From the NCBI GenBank assembly GCA_963693365.1, contig CAVNZM010000016.1, forward strand, positions 894,595 through 958,594: a DNA stretch of 64,000 bases. Direction: 5' to 3'. The notes under the pieces were generated by a model. The model was not told the origin of the DNA. It made no database searches and saw nothing but the letters and a program-made list of their open reading frames with translations. This document shows, piece by piece, positions 1 to 15,612 of the stretch (positions are counted from its first letter, which is position 1; each line of letters starts with the position of its first letter). The position numbers and the translations under genes are program-made. The DNA is from Amoebidium appalachense (taxonomy: Eukaryota; Protista; Ichthyosporea).

Positions 1-115
1 TGTATGTGTTACACTGAATGTGTGGAGGTCTTAATTGTTCAGCCCGGTATGTGAGAGTTGACAATACGTGCTAGCGTGTTTGTGTAGGTCGGGTTTGTAT
101 ATTACGGTGTGTGTC

Positions 116-161
<46 letters not shown>

Positions 162-1712
162 ATTGAAGGGGGGCTGGGAAATTCTATGGGGAGGGTTCTA
201 TGGGGAGGGGGAGTGGGGAGTTGGGAGGTGGGGGGGGTGACTAAGTAACTTATTTTGTCTATATAGCGGAGTCTGATACATCATAGCTATGGCCCCACAT
301 ACGAATGGAAGTGTGACAGCCTCGCAAAGGATCATGTACATATCATGAGATATAACAAAGCACATGAGGCCCTGGGGAGGGGAAAATGCTTTTGGGGGGG
401 AAGGGGGGGGGGAGGGGGGGGGGGGGGGGGGTCAACAAGGGGCGGGGGGAGGATCAATAAATAGTGCGAAATCCCCGGGGGGTCCACGGGGGGGGGGGGG
501 GGGGGGGGAAGGGGGGCGGTTAACAGGAAGGGAGGGGGGGGGGGGGGGTTCGACAGGGGAAGGGGGAAGGATCCAACGGGCACACACTTCCTCACCTTTC
601 ATTGGCCCCTGTACGCGAAAAAGCACAGTCAGTGTCCGGCACCCGGCACAGTGTCGGGGTGCATGTACACACAGAGACTGGTAGATCACTGTCATCCACA
701 TGCAACCTTGTAATCACGCACGGGCACGCACGTGTGCACACACGTGATACAGGAACCATATTGAAACTATCAAACACTAGGCATATTTAGTAAGCGGGTT
801 GGATTTAAGTGTGTAAGGTCAAAGGCTTTCTGTCCATCAATAGATCTTACCTAGTGTTCTGAGTTGACCAATCAGATTGGCCGCAATCTAATTTAGGAAA
901 AATGGCGGCATGTGGAATGTGGCGCCTAAGCCTTAACCAAAAGGATTGCTTTTGCGGACTCAGAGTCTATCCTGGTTCTTGAGAAACTCTACCCTAACCT
1001 CCGGAGGAATAAGTCACTGTATATTTCTTACATATGGGGGGGGGGGAGGGGGGAGGGGGGGGAGGTGGAGGGGGAGGAGGAGGGGGGGGGTTAAGGGGGG
1101 GATGGCAGGTGCCAGGGGCGGCCTTGGGCGGCCTGGGGGGGGGGGGAAGGGCGGGGGGAGGAGGGAGGGGGGGGGGGGGAAATATAGGTGGCTGACAGTA
1201 ACGTAGGGGGGGGAGGGGGGGGGGGGGTTGGGGCGGGGGGAGGGGAGGAGGAGGGGGATGAGGGGGAGGAGGGAGGGAAGGGGGGGGGAAGGGAGGGGGG
1301 AGGGGGGGGGGGGAAGGAACCGGGGATTGACGTCCACAAGCTGCGGTCAGCGGCGATACTCGATGTTGAAACACGAAAACACAGAACACCGTAAGTGCAA
1401 CCGATCTGGCAAGAATTGGCGATTGTGAATTCCCTACGCCCCATGTTTGAATCCGCCGGAACAGGCTTTTGACTTCATAATCCGGGGTTTTTGACTGGGG
1501 GGGGGGGGGAGGTGGCGCAGGCATTGTGTGATGTTTGTTGTTGTTTGGTGACAGGGTTGTGTATTTTAGTGTGACGTGTGAATTTGAAGCTGTGCACTTG
1601 AGTGTATGTGTGCGGGTGTGTGTACGGTGTATGTGTGTGTGTGTGTGTACGGTGTGTGTACGGTGTGTGTGTGCCCAGTCATGTGTGTGTGTGTACGGTA
1701 TGTGTGTGTGTA

Positions 1713-1745
<33 letters not shown>

Positions 1746-2527
1746 GTGCAGGTGTGTGTGTGTGTGTGTGCATGTGTGTGCCCTTTTTTCCGTGCGTGTG
1801 TGTGTGTGTGTCACGGTGTGTGTGTGTGTGTGTGTGTGTGCAGGTGTGTGTGTGTGTGTGTGTGCGTGTGTGTGTCATGTGCATGTGTATGTGTGTGCGT
1901 GTGTGTGTGCGCGGTGTGCGTGTTTAGGTAGGTGCCTGTGCACGGTATTGTGTGTTTACGCACTGCGTGCGCATGCGTGCACACACACAAATGCGCTGCA
2001 TGTGCATGTATATGCGTGTCGCCACCGCTAGCATGCATGTGCGTACACATGTTCATTTTTATGATAGGCCCATCACTACACCAACACAAACAATTTAACA
2101 ATTGTTGACCCTCGTAGTTGCAATTGAGTTCATACATGTTGCTTTTAACAAACTTACGGTTGAATTTTCGTTTCATCGAATATATCTCGTTGGATATCCG
2201 GTGAAGCTATCTCAGTGACTACCTCGTTGTGTCTATGGCAATGTACTATACTATGAGGATCCATGCTTAGCCCTGTCTGAATGCCCCGATATAAATGGCA
2301 TCATTAAAAAAAAAACAAAAAAAAAAAAAACTCGTGCATTCACGGCTTATCTATTTGTAGTAGTATATCAAGTAGAAGTCCTTACATTTGCAATTCTATT
2401 TTGAGGCGCAACTCAAACACACCACTAATCCTAGAGCTACTGGACATGACCGCCAAGCATAGCACATATACACACTATGGGAAATTAGTATTAGCGCGCA
2501 GTGGACACATGCACACACAGCTGCAGG

Positions 2528-2589
<62 letters not shown>

Positions 2590-2625
2590 ATGGGAAAGTA
2601 GCATTAGCGCACAGTGAACACATGT

Positions 2626-2671
<46 letters not shown>

Positions 2672-3161
2672 ACCCACCCACTAACAGCACCATTGGGCAC
2701 ATTTTTATGTATGGTAATGAATTTCAGGCGCACACGCCATAGGCGTAGCACCATCCATACAAACACACCAAAAATTTCAATTTTCAATCTCCATCGGTCG
2801 TAATGGAAACATTAAAAACACATCTCACACTGTCATACAACTGCTATGTTTAATACATCGCGCAAAAACTCGTGATATTATAAAGCATATTAACCTATAA
2901 CAGGAGGGATACCAGATTAATTCATACCGGAATTATAAGATTAGTGCTATAACCAAGACGAAGTGTTATCAACAAGGTGCTAGTAATTTAGATGCACAGA
3001 AAAGTAGACCTTTTCATTAAAATGAAAATAACTCGTGGTGCGCGTGTGAATGCGTGATGGTACTTTGGCTCTTTGCTTGCCTGTGTGCGTGATAGGAAAT
3101 ATGCGTGTTCATGCGCCTATGCGTGTGCACATGTGTGAAAGTGCGCACGTGCGCATGTGCG

Positions 3162-3228
<67 letters not shown>

Positions 3229-3259
3229 CGCATGTGTGTGTGTGTGTGTGTGTGTGTGC

Positions 3260-3327
<68 letters not shown>

Positions 3328-3867
3328 CACGCGTGTGTGTGTGTGTGCGCGCGCGCGCATGTACCAAAAAAGGAAGCCACTTAACTGCCCCACTAAATGT
3401 TCCCCAGACGGATGTCATAGTAACTAACCCCATATCCACTATTCTAATGCTCGTTATACACACTAACGGAATCAACTAAACTACTAACCTAAATTTTCAC
3501 CAACTACCTTGCACATATGCCCAACTCCTCCCCCCTCCCCCCCTCCCCCCTCCTCCCCCGGCTCAAAAATGACGTCATTGCCAACATATCCAAAAAAACT
3601 GCGGGGAAAAGGAGGGGAAAATGAGAACTGACAAGCAGTTAAAAAGAAGAACATTAGAAAAGGAAAAGAGAAGAGCAAGAGAAAAGAAAGAAAAACAAGA
3701 AAACAAAACAGCTGCCACAGCCCTTTGTCAACACAACGACCACTCGATAAAACTGTGTCTGCCACTCCGCTTACCCACAGTGCATGTATGCACGTGTGTG
3801 TGTGTGTGTGTGCGCGCGCGCGCGCGCACGTGCATGCACCCTGCCCCCCCACCCCCAACACACCCAC

Positions 3868-5840
3868 CTATTCGTTACTCTCACCCGCAGTCTCCATATC
3901 TTCCGCCAATTTCGCCCTCTTGAGACCCCCCTCCTCCCCCTCTTCTCTCACAGGAAACCCCCTCTTCCTCTCCACCTCCCCCCCATGTAGTGCCTCCTCC
4001 CCCTCCAAATCCGTATCTTCAACCTCTGCCCCCCGTCCCTCCTCCCCACCATTTTCTCTCCTTCTCCATCTTTCCTGCAAATAACCCCCCTCCCTCTCAT
4101 CCCTTCCGCCGTATTCCGCCGTCGGTCCAGCCCAATTCCTACTGGCTTGTTCCCGAGAAATTGCCATATTTGGCAGTGGTGCCGCGACGCTATTAGACAG
4201 CGCCCGACGGAAATGTTCATCCACATCTGCAGCCCCGTTTTCATTGGTCGGTGGCGTACCGCGACCTTTTGGCCGTTGTTGTTGTGGGGGTTCATATTCC
4301 TCCCTCGGGACCATTTGCACGGGAACCCCACGAGGGGGCGCGAAATTTCGGGTCCCGTCCATTGTTGCAGGCCACTTCCCCCCGTACGGATACGAAAATC
4401 CTGAACCCCCGCTACCGTGCGAGTTGGGGGTAGTCGGGCTGACCTGACCCGAAGGCGGCCCGCGGGCCACAGGTGAGATACGGGTCGGCGGTCCGGAACT
4501 CCACGGGTCGGTGTAGACCATGGTGGGCGTGTGTGTGAAGGAGGTCCCCCTAGATGACGATGACGTCAGGGGTTGAGGGGGATAGTCCCCGTTCATTCCC
4601 GCCGTGACGCGCGTGGAGGGGTTCCGAGAAGGCATCGAGTGCATGCTGGGGGAGGGGGGTCGCGAAATTCCGTCCCGGCCCCCCCCCAACCACGCCCAAA
4701 CTGCGCGCGAAATGCTCATCCACGGCGGCGGGAGGAGGGCCGGAACTTCCAGAACCCATAGGACCCCCCCCCGCTCCCACCACCACCACCACCGCGGGGT
4801 ATGGGGGTCACAGAAGCGCCCAAACTTCGGGCAAAATGTTCGTCGACATCAATCTCACCGCCTTTTCCTACACCCGCTCCGCCCATTTTCTCGACGCCGG
4901 AAACGGGTTGCTGTTGCACAGGGGGTGGGGGTGCGGATGCGAGAGACGGCGGGAGGCGCTCCGCTCTTAGACTCCGTTGAAAGTGTTCGTCCACCGCACT
5001 AGGTTTTCTTCGCGGCATCGCTGGAGAATTTCCACCCCGCGTAGGGGGGTATTCGCGCTGGCTCAAAGGATGTGTCGGTGGGGGCGGGGGTGGGCTCGCA
5101 GGGCGCGGAATTCTGTGCGCGGGCGGCGGTGGGGATGGTTGTTGCTGATAAGGGGAGTGGTGTCTGTGTGGGGGGCCTTGGTTGTGGTACCCCCCATGGA
5201 GAAGGAGGTGGGGGAAGGGGGGAAGGGGAACGCCTGCGCGCCGCGCGATACGCCTCATAATCGTGCGGAAGGGGCGGATATTGGGGTGGGGGGGCTCTAT
5301 GCAGGGGAGGCTCATCAATACTTCTCCTGTGGGGGTATCCGTGTGGGGGTCGTTCGCCGTAATGGTCGGATTCGCCCCACGATGGCCCATTTCTCGGCCT
5401 CTCCTCATATTGCCGCCGCGAATATTCGTGTTGGGGGGGCGCCGACGCACCTCCCCTCTGCAAATCACGTGCCCTTGCCGCGGGCGGTGGTGGCGGGGGT
5501 CCTGAATTGCCATACCCGTAGCTAGGTTGGCGTTCGTAGCCGCCCTGATACGGAGCCGGGGGCGGGGCGCGCGCCAAACTTCTCTGAAAATGTGCATCGA
5601 CGGGATCCTCATTCATCATCGCAGGTGCATGTTTTTGCTCTGCCACGGCGCGGCGTTGCCGTGGGGAGAGGCTGCGACGAAAATGGTCGTCCAAGTCTGG
5701 GCGCCCCCACATTCGCCTCTGCTCGTCCGGGTAGCCCTCGGACACGTACGTGTCGTGGATGGGCCGGGGTCCCACACGACCCGCCACCGAGTTGCTCATC
5801 ATTGTCAACATAGGCACTGCTGATAGGAAGATGCGTTATC
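3868..5840 (-). CDS. Vestigial-like (VGLL4/Tgi-like) TEAD-binding protein with six TDU-type motifs; one long exon split by three homopolymer frameshifts
   Basis: Overlapping ORFs 4999-5817, 4716-5612, 4550-4792 and 3868-4719 carry LDDHFRRSL, VDAHFQRSL, VDEHFQRSL, VDEHFARSLG (twice) and VDEHFRRAL, which match the Tondu motif V[DE][DE]HFxxxL. Frame switches fall at G/C runs (~5215, ~4765, ~4680). A possible splice acceptor (ctccacag) lies at ~5841. Confidence 0.8.
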
Positions 5841-8800
5841 CTGTGGAGGAAAGGTGGTCAGAGGGGGAATTCCGAAGAACACGGGGAAAACATGGAATGC
5901 CACGTAAGCCAGAACACCAAGGCATTCTCTACTTTTTCTTTCCTCTTCTTTTTCTTTTTTTCTTTCTTTTTTCTTTTCTTCCTTTCTTTTCTTTCTTTCT
6001 TTCTTTTCTTTTTTTTTTTTTGGGGGGGGGGGGGGGGGGGAGGGGGGAAATTAGCATGCAAAGGTATGAAATCCAAGTTGGTGACGAACAACAAAATGAT
6101 GGGAGAGGAACGAGGAAGAGGAAAGGGGGAGGGGGGAGGGGGGGGGGAGCTATGAGATTTCGAACAAGAACTAAATATCTGGTGAAATCTAGGCCCCTCC
6201 TTACACGTGAGTCGCCTATATGTGTCGCATCCTACCATCCCACATCGACCCCAACCTACCCCATGAAGCCCGAGAACATCACAAAATAATAAACACACCA
6301 ATTCTCCTCCATTCCATGCAGCAAACCAGTTCTCCTCCATTCCATGCAGCAACATACACGATGTCGGTACGCCTGCACAAAAATTAAAACACAAACCGTG
6401 GCCCGTCTTTGTCCTTTCGACCCCATCACTCAACAGCCTTCCCTTTCCTTCACCACACACACCGCCAGCCCCAGCCCCACTCATACCCTTGACACACAGT
6501 TATTGAAAAATGTCATAAACTACAGCAACAAACGGATCTTGCTCCTCCCAGGGCGTGCATAAGAGAGAACCAAATACGCCAAATAGGCTATCATACCAGT
6601 CCAGGTCACTCAACAAACCGTGCACACTATGTGACCACCTAGTTCTAAACAAGCCGTTGTCCCATCACCTAGGCATGTTTTAGGCTTTCGTCTCTCAATT
6701 TGAACCTTTACTTTCTCAAGCTTTCACCTACTACTGTCCTAAACCAACCAACCTCACCTTCACCTTTGACACGTCGTCCACTCTCCAGGTGACAAAAGAA
6801 CACACGAAATCTAGTGCTTTGTACCAACCAGCAAACTCTTTTCTTCTTAGAAAATTACAACCCACACGGATAACGAGAAAAGTGACAATTTATGTGTAAC
6901 CAATATGTTGCGTTTGGCTTTGGCACAAATAGACAAAAAGCCCACCGGAGAAAGAACGTGTGTTTACTCACGAAGCTGGAGTGGTGTCTGTGTGTGCATG
7001 TTTAAACCGTGCGTGTGCTCATGTTCAGCGAGCAAGTGAGTGTCCTCACTAGGGAATATCCGAGTCCTCCTGTGGCACTAAAAGGCAGTTGTTAAAGATT
7101 GGGTCACAAAGGGAAGTAAAAGCTCATGACACGTGTGCAAACATGAACTCTGCTCTTGATCTTACCAGTTATAGGTAGGCGTGTTCTGGCTCAATTTCCT
7201 TGCGTCCTACAGTTGCTGGAAGAATCCATTCAACAGGATAAGCTGTTTTCTCATTAGAGTAATTTCTTATGTTGTTTAACATCAATAGCAAAGTAGAAAG
7301 TATATGTTAACGTTATGTCGACGGTGACACTTTCAGACTTTTCGACTCATGTGAACGTCAACAACACTATGGCACTGAAGATGCTGCAAAAGAATGACTA
7401 ATCTATCTTCTACACATTCTCTTCAAAAACAAACCTATACTAAAGCAAAATCATAAACAAATCTCAAAGGGTAAAAAGAGCCATAAACATAGCATATACT
7501 TGAACGGAGAAAAAAGAAAAGGATATTGAAGGCGGTCGTGTGTGTGTGTATTTGCGGTCGTTTGATGGGACTCATCGGAGCAGGCCTGTTTCCTCTTTTG
7601 CACCCCTCTGATTCTGACAGGGGTTGTAATTTCCAGTACATAACAAAATCCTGATTGCGTAATACTTTTGTTGTAACCCCCTGTAACCTTATTTCGCGCC
7701 GCAAATTTGCACTAAACCCCTCAATTTTGAAAGCAAAAATGTATTTTCCGCCACAACTATGGTACTTCTCGGCGTTTTTAGAAATAGATAGAACTATGAC
7801 AATCGCCGCTAAGGCCACGCATCGATTTGTGCAACTTGCGCATCACTAGGACAACGCACTCTTATGAGTTGGCGGCTGTAACTACATAAAACAATTTTGA
7901 TACGCACATGGAAATAAAGGCTTCAAAGGCACAATAAACTATAATTTCAGCAATATTTCGACGAATTCAAGCAAGAAATCACACTTTTACGATGCACTTC
8001 GGAACAAAGGCCTTTTGCCCGTTTCGGCCAAGCCAATCGTGAAAGGCTTTGGAATTTTTTGGAGCCTTGTGATTGGTTGGGTCTCATAACTCGCACCAAT
8101 AGAATTTATTTGGATTCCAGCGCAAAATTGTGGAAAAAACAGAACTATGCGTCCAAATAGTTTGCTCCATCGACAGGAAACAAGTTCAGTGAATATAAGA
8201 GCTTTCGAGTTTTTTCGGTTGCGATTAATTTATATATCTGGTAAGGTTTATGCAGAGAGGCTTTGTGTGTTTGAAATCACTCCGACGGCAGATTTGTGTG
8301 GTTGCAGCGGAGATTTTAATTGGTCGATCAACCATTCCAAAGGATTCCCGCATGATAAAATGGCAACTTACTCCTAGCCTACTGATATAGTCATTTCGAT
8401 TATCGGAACATACTATCACACATGCAGATACACAAGGATCAAAAATAAATGAATGCGACCTAATTTTGTTTCTCAATGTTTGGCTATAAGGCTGAAAGAA
8501 GTTTATTTGACTATTTTTAGGCTGGAAATCACCTGATAAGTGGCATGATCATCTGTTAGTAAAATTCCAGAATATAAATTGTGGATTCCATCAGTTTCTA
8601 AAAACCAATGAGATTCGGGGAGAATAATTCCACCATAACAAGTCCAAAAGGCTTATGATAAGCTTGCTACAGCTTGCGTGCAAATAAAAATGAAAAACGA
8701 CATACACATTTCCCGCAGATTCAAAAAACCCCCCCCCCTATGGAGGAGTATTTGTCGTACGGCAAATCATCGACAAAAAAAAAAGCTATATTAGTGGCAC

Positions 8801-9203
8801 AGAATACATGCAGAAATGCATGTGCGCCAGCTGTGTACATTCCCTTGTGCGTGCCATCGAAATACCAGATCTGAACTGATCATGCCGCCAGCCGCGCGGG
8901 CCTGAGGCCCGGATGATCATGGCGACTCGCCTGATTCGCACGGCTGTTGCGCTCACTGACTGAGACTGAGTGGAAAGCTTGCACACGGCGTCCGCAGTGC
9001 GTGTTCAAAGCTAAGGTTTATAAACTTTGTTTAACTTTGCTTCTAGCGACTATTATCTAGGGCCACAAACACGGTGCCATATGCACACGCCCACCCCGTA
9101 TTCATAGATTTCAAGACATATCGCGGGGCCAAAATATTGATGATGCACGTGCCAGGTGATGGCTGTGCAACCACGGTATGATACCGTTACGGTGTGTGTG
9201 TGT

Positions 9204-9240
<37 letters not shown>

Positions 9241-9418
9241 CGTGCGTGTGTGTGTGTGTGTACGGTGTGTGTGTGTGTGCCAGTGTGTGTGTGTGTGTGT
9301 GTGTATGTGTGCGTGTGTGCGTGTGTACATGTGTGCGTGCGTGCGTGCGTGCGTGCGTGCACACACATATATATGCATGTACGTAGTGTGTGTGTATATG
9401 ACTGTGTGTGTGAGTGTG

Positions 9419-9468
<50 letters not shown>

Positions 9469-9476
9469 CACGGTAC

Positions 9477-9560
<84 letters not shown>

Positions 9561-9619
9561 TGTGTGTGCGCGTGTTTACGGCGTTTGTGTGTGTGTGGGT
9601 GCGTGCGTGCGTGTGCGTG

Positions 9620-9712
<93 letters not shown>

Positions 9713-9791
9713 ATGTGTGTGTGTGTGTGTGTGTCTACGGGGTGTGTAGTACAACACGTGTTTGTGAATGATTGTGCGTGTGTGTGTGTGA

Positions 9792-9838
<47 letters not shown>

Positions 9839-9903
9839 TGTGTGTATGTGTGTCTCTGTGTGTGTGTGTCTGTGTGTGTGTGTGTGTGTGTGTGCCAGTG
9901 TAT

Positions 9904-9950
<47 letters not shown>

Positions 9951-10197
9951 CAGTGTATGGTGTGTGTGACAAATTGTGTGTCACGGTGTGTGTTTGTGTG
10001 CGTGTGTGTACGTGCAGGCTAAACTTTGCCGGACTCAGACATTGTGCACGGTGTGTGCACGTGCACACGTGAATCAGATAGATGCATGGGTGTGTAGAAT
10101 GACTAATAAGGCTATGTAGGTGGGTGGGAAATATTTATGCATGCATACTAATTTAAAGGTGCGAATTCAAACAGCTAGCTGGCCGGAGCGCCGCCAA

Positions 10198-10230
<33 letters not shown>

Positions 10231-10348
10231 GGGGGGGGGGGGGGAGGGGGGGAGGGGGGAGGGGGAGGTGTAAACTTGCAAGGTTTTGCCTGATTTCATA
10301 AATAAGCTTGTGTGCTGAATTTCCAGATTGAGTCCTCTTTTGCCTCTC

Positions 10349-10464
<116 letters not shown>

Positions 10465-11711
10465 CACGTAGGTTGATTCTCTCTCCCTTTCTCTCCCTCT
10501 CTCCCTCTCTCTCCCTCTCTCCCTCTCTCCCTCTCTCCCTCTGATCGTGTAGATGCGCACGTACGCTTGTTCCCAGGTTGTGTATTCCTGCTTGTTGCGA
10601 TAGCATACCTTTGTGCTCACGGTTTATTGCAAGATTTATTGCCTTGCATGACCTGCATGCATAGTTTAGGTTCCCTTAGTGCACAGCACTGCGGTTGATT
10701 AGTCATTAGGTTTGTCTTGTCATATGGTTTCTATACTACAATTAGTTTGTAAGTTATCTTGTTTTGGCTGTGCTATCTCTTTGGTATGGTTTCGGTCTTG
10801 TGTTACTTCGTTCGGAGTTTATGCGGATTGTCTTTGTTGTCAACTCCCTATTTTGCTACTATGATAAATAAAACCGGGGCAAGTCTATTGGCCGGACGTG
10901 GCTTTACAATATCATTAGCAAATACGTGGTGTTATTCTATTGGCTGTCCGGCTACAACCCAATTCCTATTGGCGGACGCGGCGACCAGGTGACGGGACGG
11001 TCTGGGTGGTATATAAGCACAGTACCCTCAGTATCGCGGGTCATATTGTGTACGGTGTGGCACATATGTTTTCCCTCGCACGGGATCAAGCTAATTCACC
11101 CGTGTCTGTCCCACCTGTTTAGTTCCGTCTTAGAACCCATTCTCTTTAATTTCACGTAAGACATTTATGCATTCACTCCACACTTAGACAGAACTTTACA
11201 GAGGGGGGATGGAGGGACAGACATCTGCAGCTGAGAAAACGGGTACTATTATTAAGTACGGTACTTATGTAATAACACAACGAGGAAGGAGTAAAGCCAC
11301 AGCGTGAGGCCCCATGTTAATGATATAAAAAGTTAAGTTGGGAATAGAGGGCGGAGCTCAGGCCGAGGGACCCAGCAGAGGGGGGGGGGAGGGGGGGGAG
11401 GAAAGGAGGCTGGGGAGAGGGCGGGGGAGGGAGGGGAGAGAGGCCTAGGGCGGGGGAGGGATGGGGGGGAGAGTCTTAGCTGCACTGACCGGAAGTCGAG
11501 GTGGGTGGCCTCAATAAGATTCAGACTCAAATGAATTGAAGCACTCTTACTCCTCCACTGAAAACCGACGGTGCAAAAGCATACTGCAATATTTACCTCC
11601 CCCCCCCCCCCCCCCCCCCCCCCCACCCCACCCCTCGGGGTCCCCCCCCCCCCCCCCCCCCCTCTCCCCTCCACGCAGCCGCCGAGTGAGTGACCCACCT
11701 CCCTTCGAACG

Positions 11712-11742
<31 letters not shown>

Positions 11743-12328
11743 CATTTAACCCCACTCAATTCCAATAAAAAACGGTGAATATATATTTATGTATCAGTGG
11801 GCCTACTGGCTCTCTGACTGACAGTCTAATTTTTTAAGGCAACCACCAGTGCAGAGTTCATATTTTAAAACTTATGGCATTCGTCAATGAAAAAGGGGAA
11901 GAGGCAAGATTGGTTTCATATCATTATTTTTTATTTTTTTAAAGTTACTGGGCTCAGTGCTGAGGAAAAGGGGGGGGAAAGGGACAAGTCAAATTAAATA
12001 CGAGTTTTGTTGACAACCGCTGTCGATCGTAAGAATTAAAATCAGATAACTATGATACGAATTCATTTGGTTATGTAACTCACCATGGTGCCCGGCGGTG
12101 ATACTAACATGAAAAGAATAAAAGAAAAAAGAAAAAAAAAAGAAAGAAAAAGAAAATTGAAAGAAAGGAATACTAAATCATTGCAGGGCTCCTACACTTG
12201 TAGCGTGCAACTTGAATCAAGAGCATGCTACTATGGAAAGACCCTTTCAAAACTAACATATGAGAGCCCGAGAATACGTAGCCTACCCTTCAACTTTTAA
12301 AGATCTGTGTACACTTGGTGTGTGTGTG

Positions 12329-12374
<46 letters not shown>

Positions 12375-12745
12375 CGTTCTATAACACTGTGCACGTGTTA
12401 GGTTAACACCTTTGATGGCCTATGTCAAGCGTACCACACCCGTGCAAATGACACGCTTTGCTAATAGATTTTTACTGAGTGATATTAGGTACTGACATGT
12501 CTGTGTCAACACTATCCAGTAGAATTAGGTCGTTATATTGTGCTGCTTCTGTTCGCAACCCAGTCACCAATTAGGCCTTAAAGCTAAAATCATTCATGTA
12601 ATAGCGAGTGGCAGGCTAAGTTCACGCCAACACTTATTTTCGACAATAGAGGGGAAAAAAGGGAAAACTCAAATATCATTTTTTAAAAAAGAAATTAAAA
12701 ATAAAATTAAAATAAAAAGTCCTTCTGAAAAGGCACCAGTTGCGA

Positions 12746-13037
12746 CTACTTGCACAAAACAGTCCCGCTGGGTCCCACATAGTTGAAAAAATTCACATAC
12801 GAGTTCACATTGTGAGAGCAGGTGGTTGACCTCAACGTTTGGCAGAGGACATAACCATATATGGCTATTTGCTTCACCTGCTGAAAGCGGATTGGCTGGT
12901 ACATGGTACATGATCCACTTAGGGTCCCCATTACGCTCTGGCACGTGTATTTCGTCACGGCTCCGATGATGGTGCTGACGGAGACCTCCGATTTGCAGTC
13001 CATGGTATCACGGCCGCTTGTGATAGATTGCACGAAC
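12746..13037 (-). CDS. Probable exon of an unidentified host gene (Cys-containing)
   Basis: Open, non-repetitive frame directly after a (CA)n tract ending in a ctcacag acceptor; no family recognised. Confidence 0.35.
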
Positions 13038-13044
13038 TGTGAGA

Positions 13045-13174
<130 letters not shown>

Positions 13175-13847
13175 AACAGTGTTAGTGTGTTGGTTCTGAA
13201 TACTCCCTCCACAACTTGACTGTTTTTCTCACTCGAGTTCTTCCTCCCCCCTCCCCCCCTCCCCCCTTCCCCCAGCGTCCCCCCCCCCCTCCCCCCCGTT
13301 TTCACCCCATGTGTGAATGTGCGTTGTGTGTGTGTTTGGCCTGTGCACGAGGCTATCTGCGTATGCCATAACGGGAAACATACATAATTCACACCGACAC
13401 ATGTGCCCGCTTACACGTGCATATTTGGCCTCAGTTGTTTGATTGCGCCTTTAAGTCGCATGTAAGTGTATCGGGCTTGTGGTGCGGTGTGTTTGTCTCT
13501 TTGAGTTTAACCTAGAATCGTGGTCAGATTTCACCATCAGGAATGTTGCATGGTATAGATGAGAGTGCTAAACTGGTGTGTGTGAGTAGAAAAAAAAAAA
13601 GTGAGAGAAAAGTAAAAGGGGGCAGGGGGGATGGATGGAGGGGGAGGGGAAGGGAGGGAGGGAGGGGGAGGGGGGGGGGGGGGGAGGGAAAGGGGGAAGG
13701 GAGGGGGGAGGGGAAGGGGAGGGGGAGGGGGGCAGCAACAGAGGGATTTAACGCAAAAGACTTGGTCAGTGTTCACAAATTGAGTTTTTCAGCGGTTACT
13801 TGGGGACATACAGCTATGTATTTCGCCATGGGTGTGTGTGTGTTTGT

Positions 13848-13884
<37 letters not shown>

Positions 13885-13970
13885 GTGGCCGAGGTCAGGA
13901 GGTATAGGGGTGGAAGGGGAGGAGGGGGGGAGGGGGGGGGGGGGGGGGGGGGGGGGGAGGGAGAGAGATA

Positions 13971-14037
<67 letters not shown>

Positions 14038-14076
14038 ACACACACACAGACACACACACACACACACACACAGAGT

Positions 14077-14138
<62 letters not shown>

Positions 14139-14881
14139 GGGGGGAGGGATGGGGGGATAGCGAGATAGAGAGTGAGAGAAAGGGAAGGAGAAACAGAGAG
14201 AGAGGGGGGAGAGAGGAAAGGGGGGATTGGTGGGAGGGAGAGAGAAGGGGTAAGAGAGAGCGATGGAGGGGAAGGGGGGGAGGAGAGAGAAGGGGGAGAG
14301 AGAGAGAGAGAGGGGGGGGGGAGAAGAGAGGGGGTGGAGAGAGCGAGAGACGGGGAGGGGGGGGGGGGGGAGAGATAGATAGATAGATTGAGAGATTGAG
14401 GGGGGGCGGGGAGAGAAAGAAGGAGAAAGAGAAAGGGAGAGAGAGAAGGGGAGAGAGAGAGGGAAGAGGGAGAAAAAGAGACACAGGGGTGGAGAGAGAG
14501 AGAGAGAGAGTGTGTGTGTGTGTGTGCGTGTGCGTGTGTAAGGGAAAAAGAGAGGGGGGAGGGGGGAAAGAGACATAAGGAGGGAGACAGAGAGAGAGAG
14601 AGAATGAGAGAGAGAAGGGGGGGATGGCAGAGAGAGAGAGAGAGGTTGGGGGGGTGGGGGGAGGGGGGAGGGGGGATCTGTAGTTCAGCTCAAATCGAGT
14701 TAAAGAAAAATTAAGGGCGACTTACCGTGATGGCAAAGTCACACCCGTGCGTTGTGTTCTGACATGTTGCAGTAAGTGTGCGTGTGTTTGCAGGTGCGTT
14801 TTTGAATCCGGAAGACACGTAAAGTGGGTGAGAACGTGTGTGTAAGTTTGCATGAAGGTGCGAGTGTGTGTGCACGTGTGT

Positions 14882-14956
<75 letters not shown>

Positions 14957-15016
14957 TTGGTGTGTGTGTGTATGTGTGTGTGCCCGTGTGCGCGCGTGTG
15001 TATGTGTGTGACCGGA

Positions 15017-15050
<34 letters not shown>

Positions 15051-15259
15051 GGGGGGAGGGGGTGTCAGTTGTGGGTGGAGATGTGTTTGTGTGGTGTGTA
15101 ATAGGTTACGTAAGGATACGAGGTTCTGTGAATCTAGCATGCATGTGCATGTGTGAGGGTAGAGGGGGGTGTCGACGGATGTAGGGAGGGTGGGGAGGAG
15201 GGCCGGGGGTAGGAAGGGGAGGAAAGAGAGAGAGAGAGAGAGGGAGAGAGGGAGAGAGG

Positions 15260-15501
<242 letters not shown>

Positions 15502-15578
15502 AGAGAGAGGGAGAGCGGGGACGGGGGGGGGGGGGGGGAGAAGGGGGGGGGGGGATGTGTTGTTTATTTTTAGTTTTC

Positions 15579-15612
<34 letters not shown>

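Noticed and set aside
4680-5220. Programmed frameshifting or pseudogenisation in the TDU gene (likewise in the JmjC and 61592 genes)
   Set aside because: The shifts coincide with G/C homopolymers, so long-read indel error is the simpler explanation.
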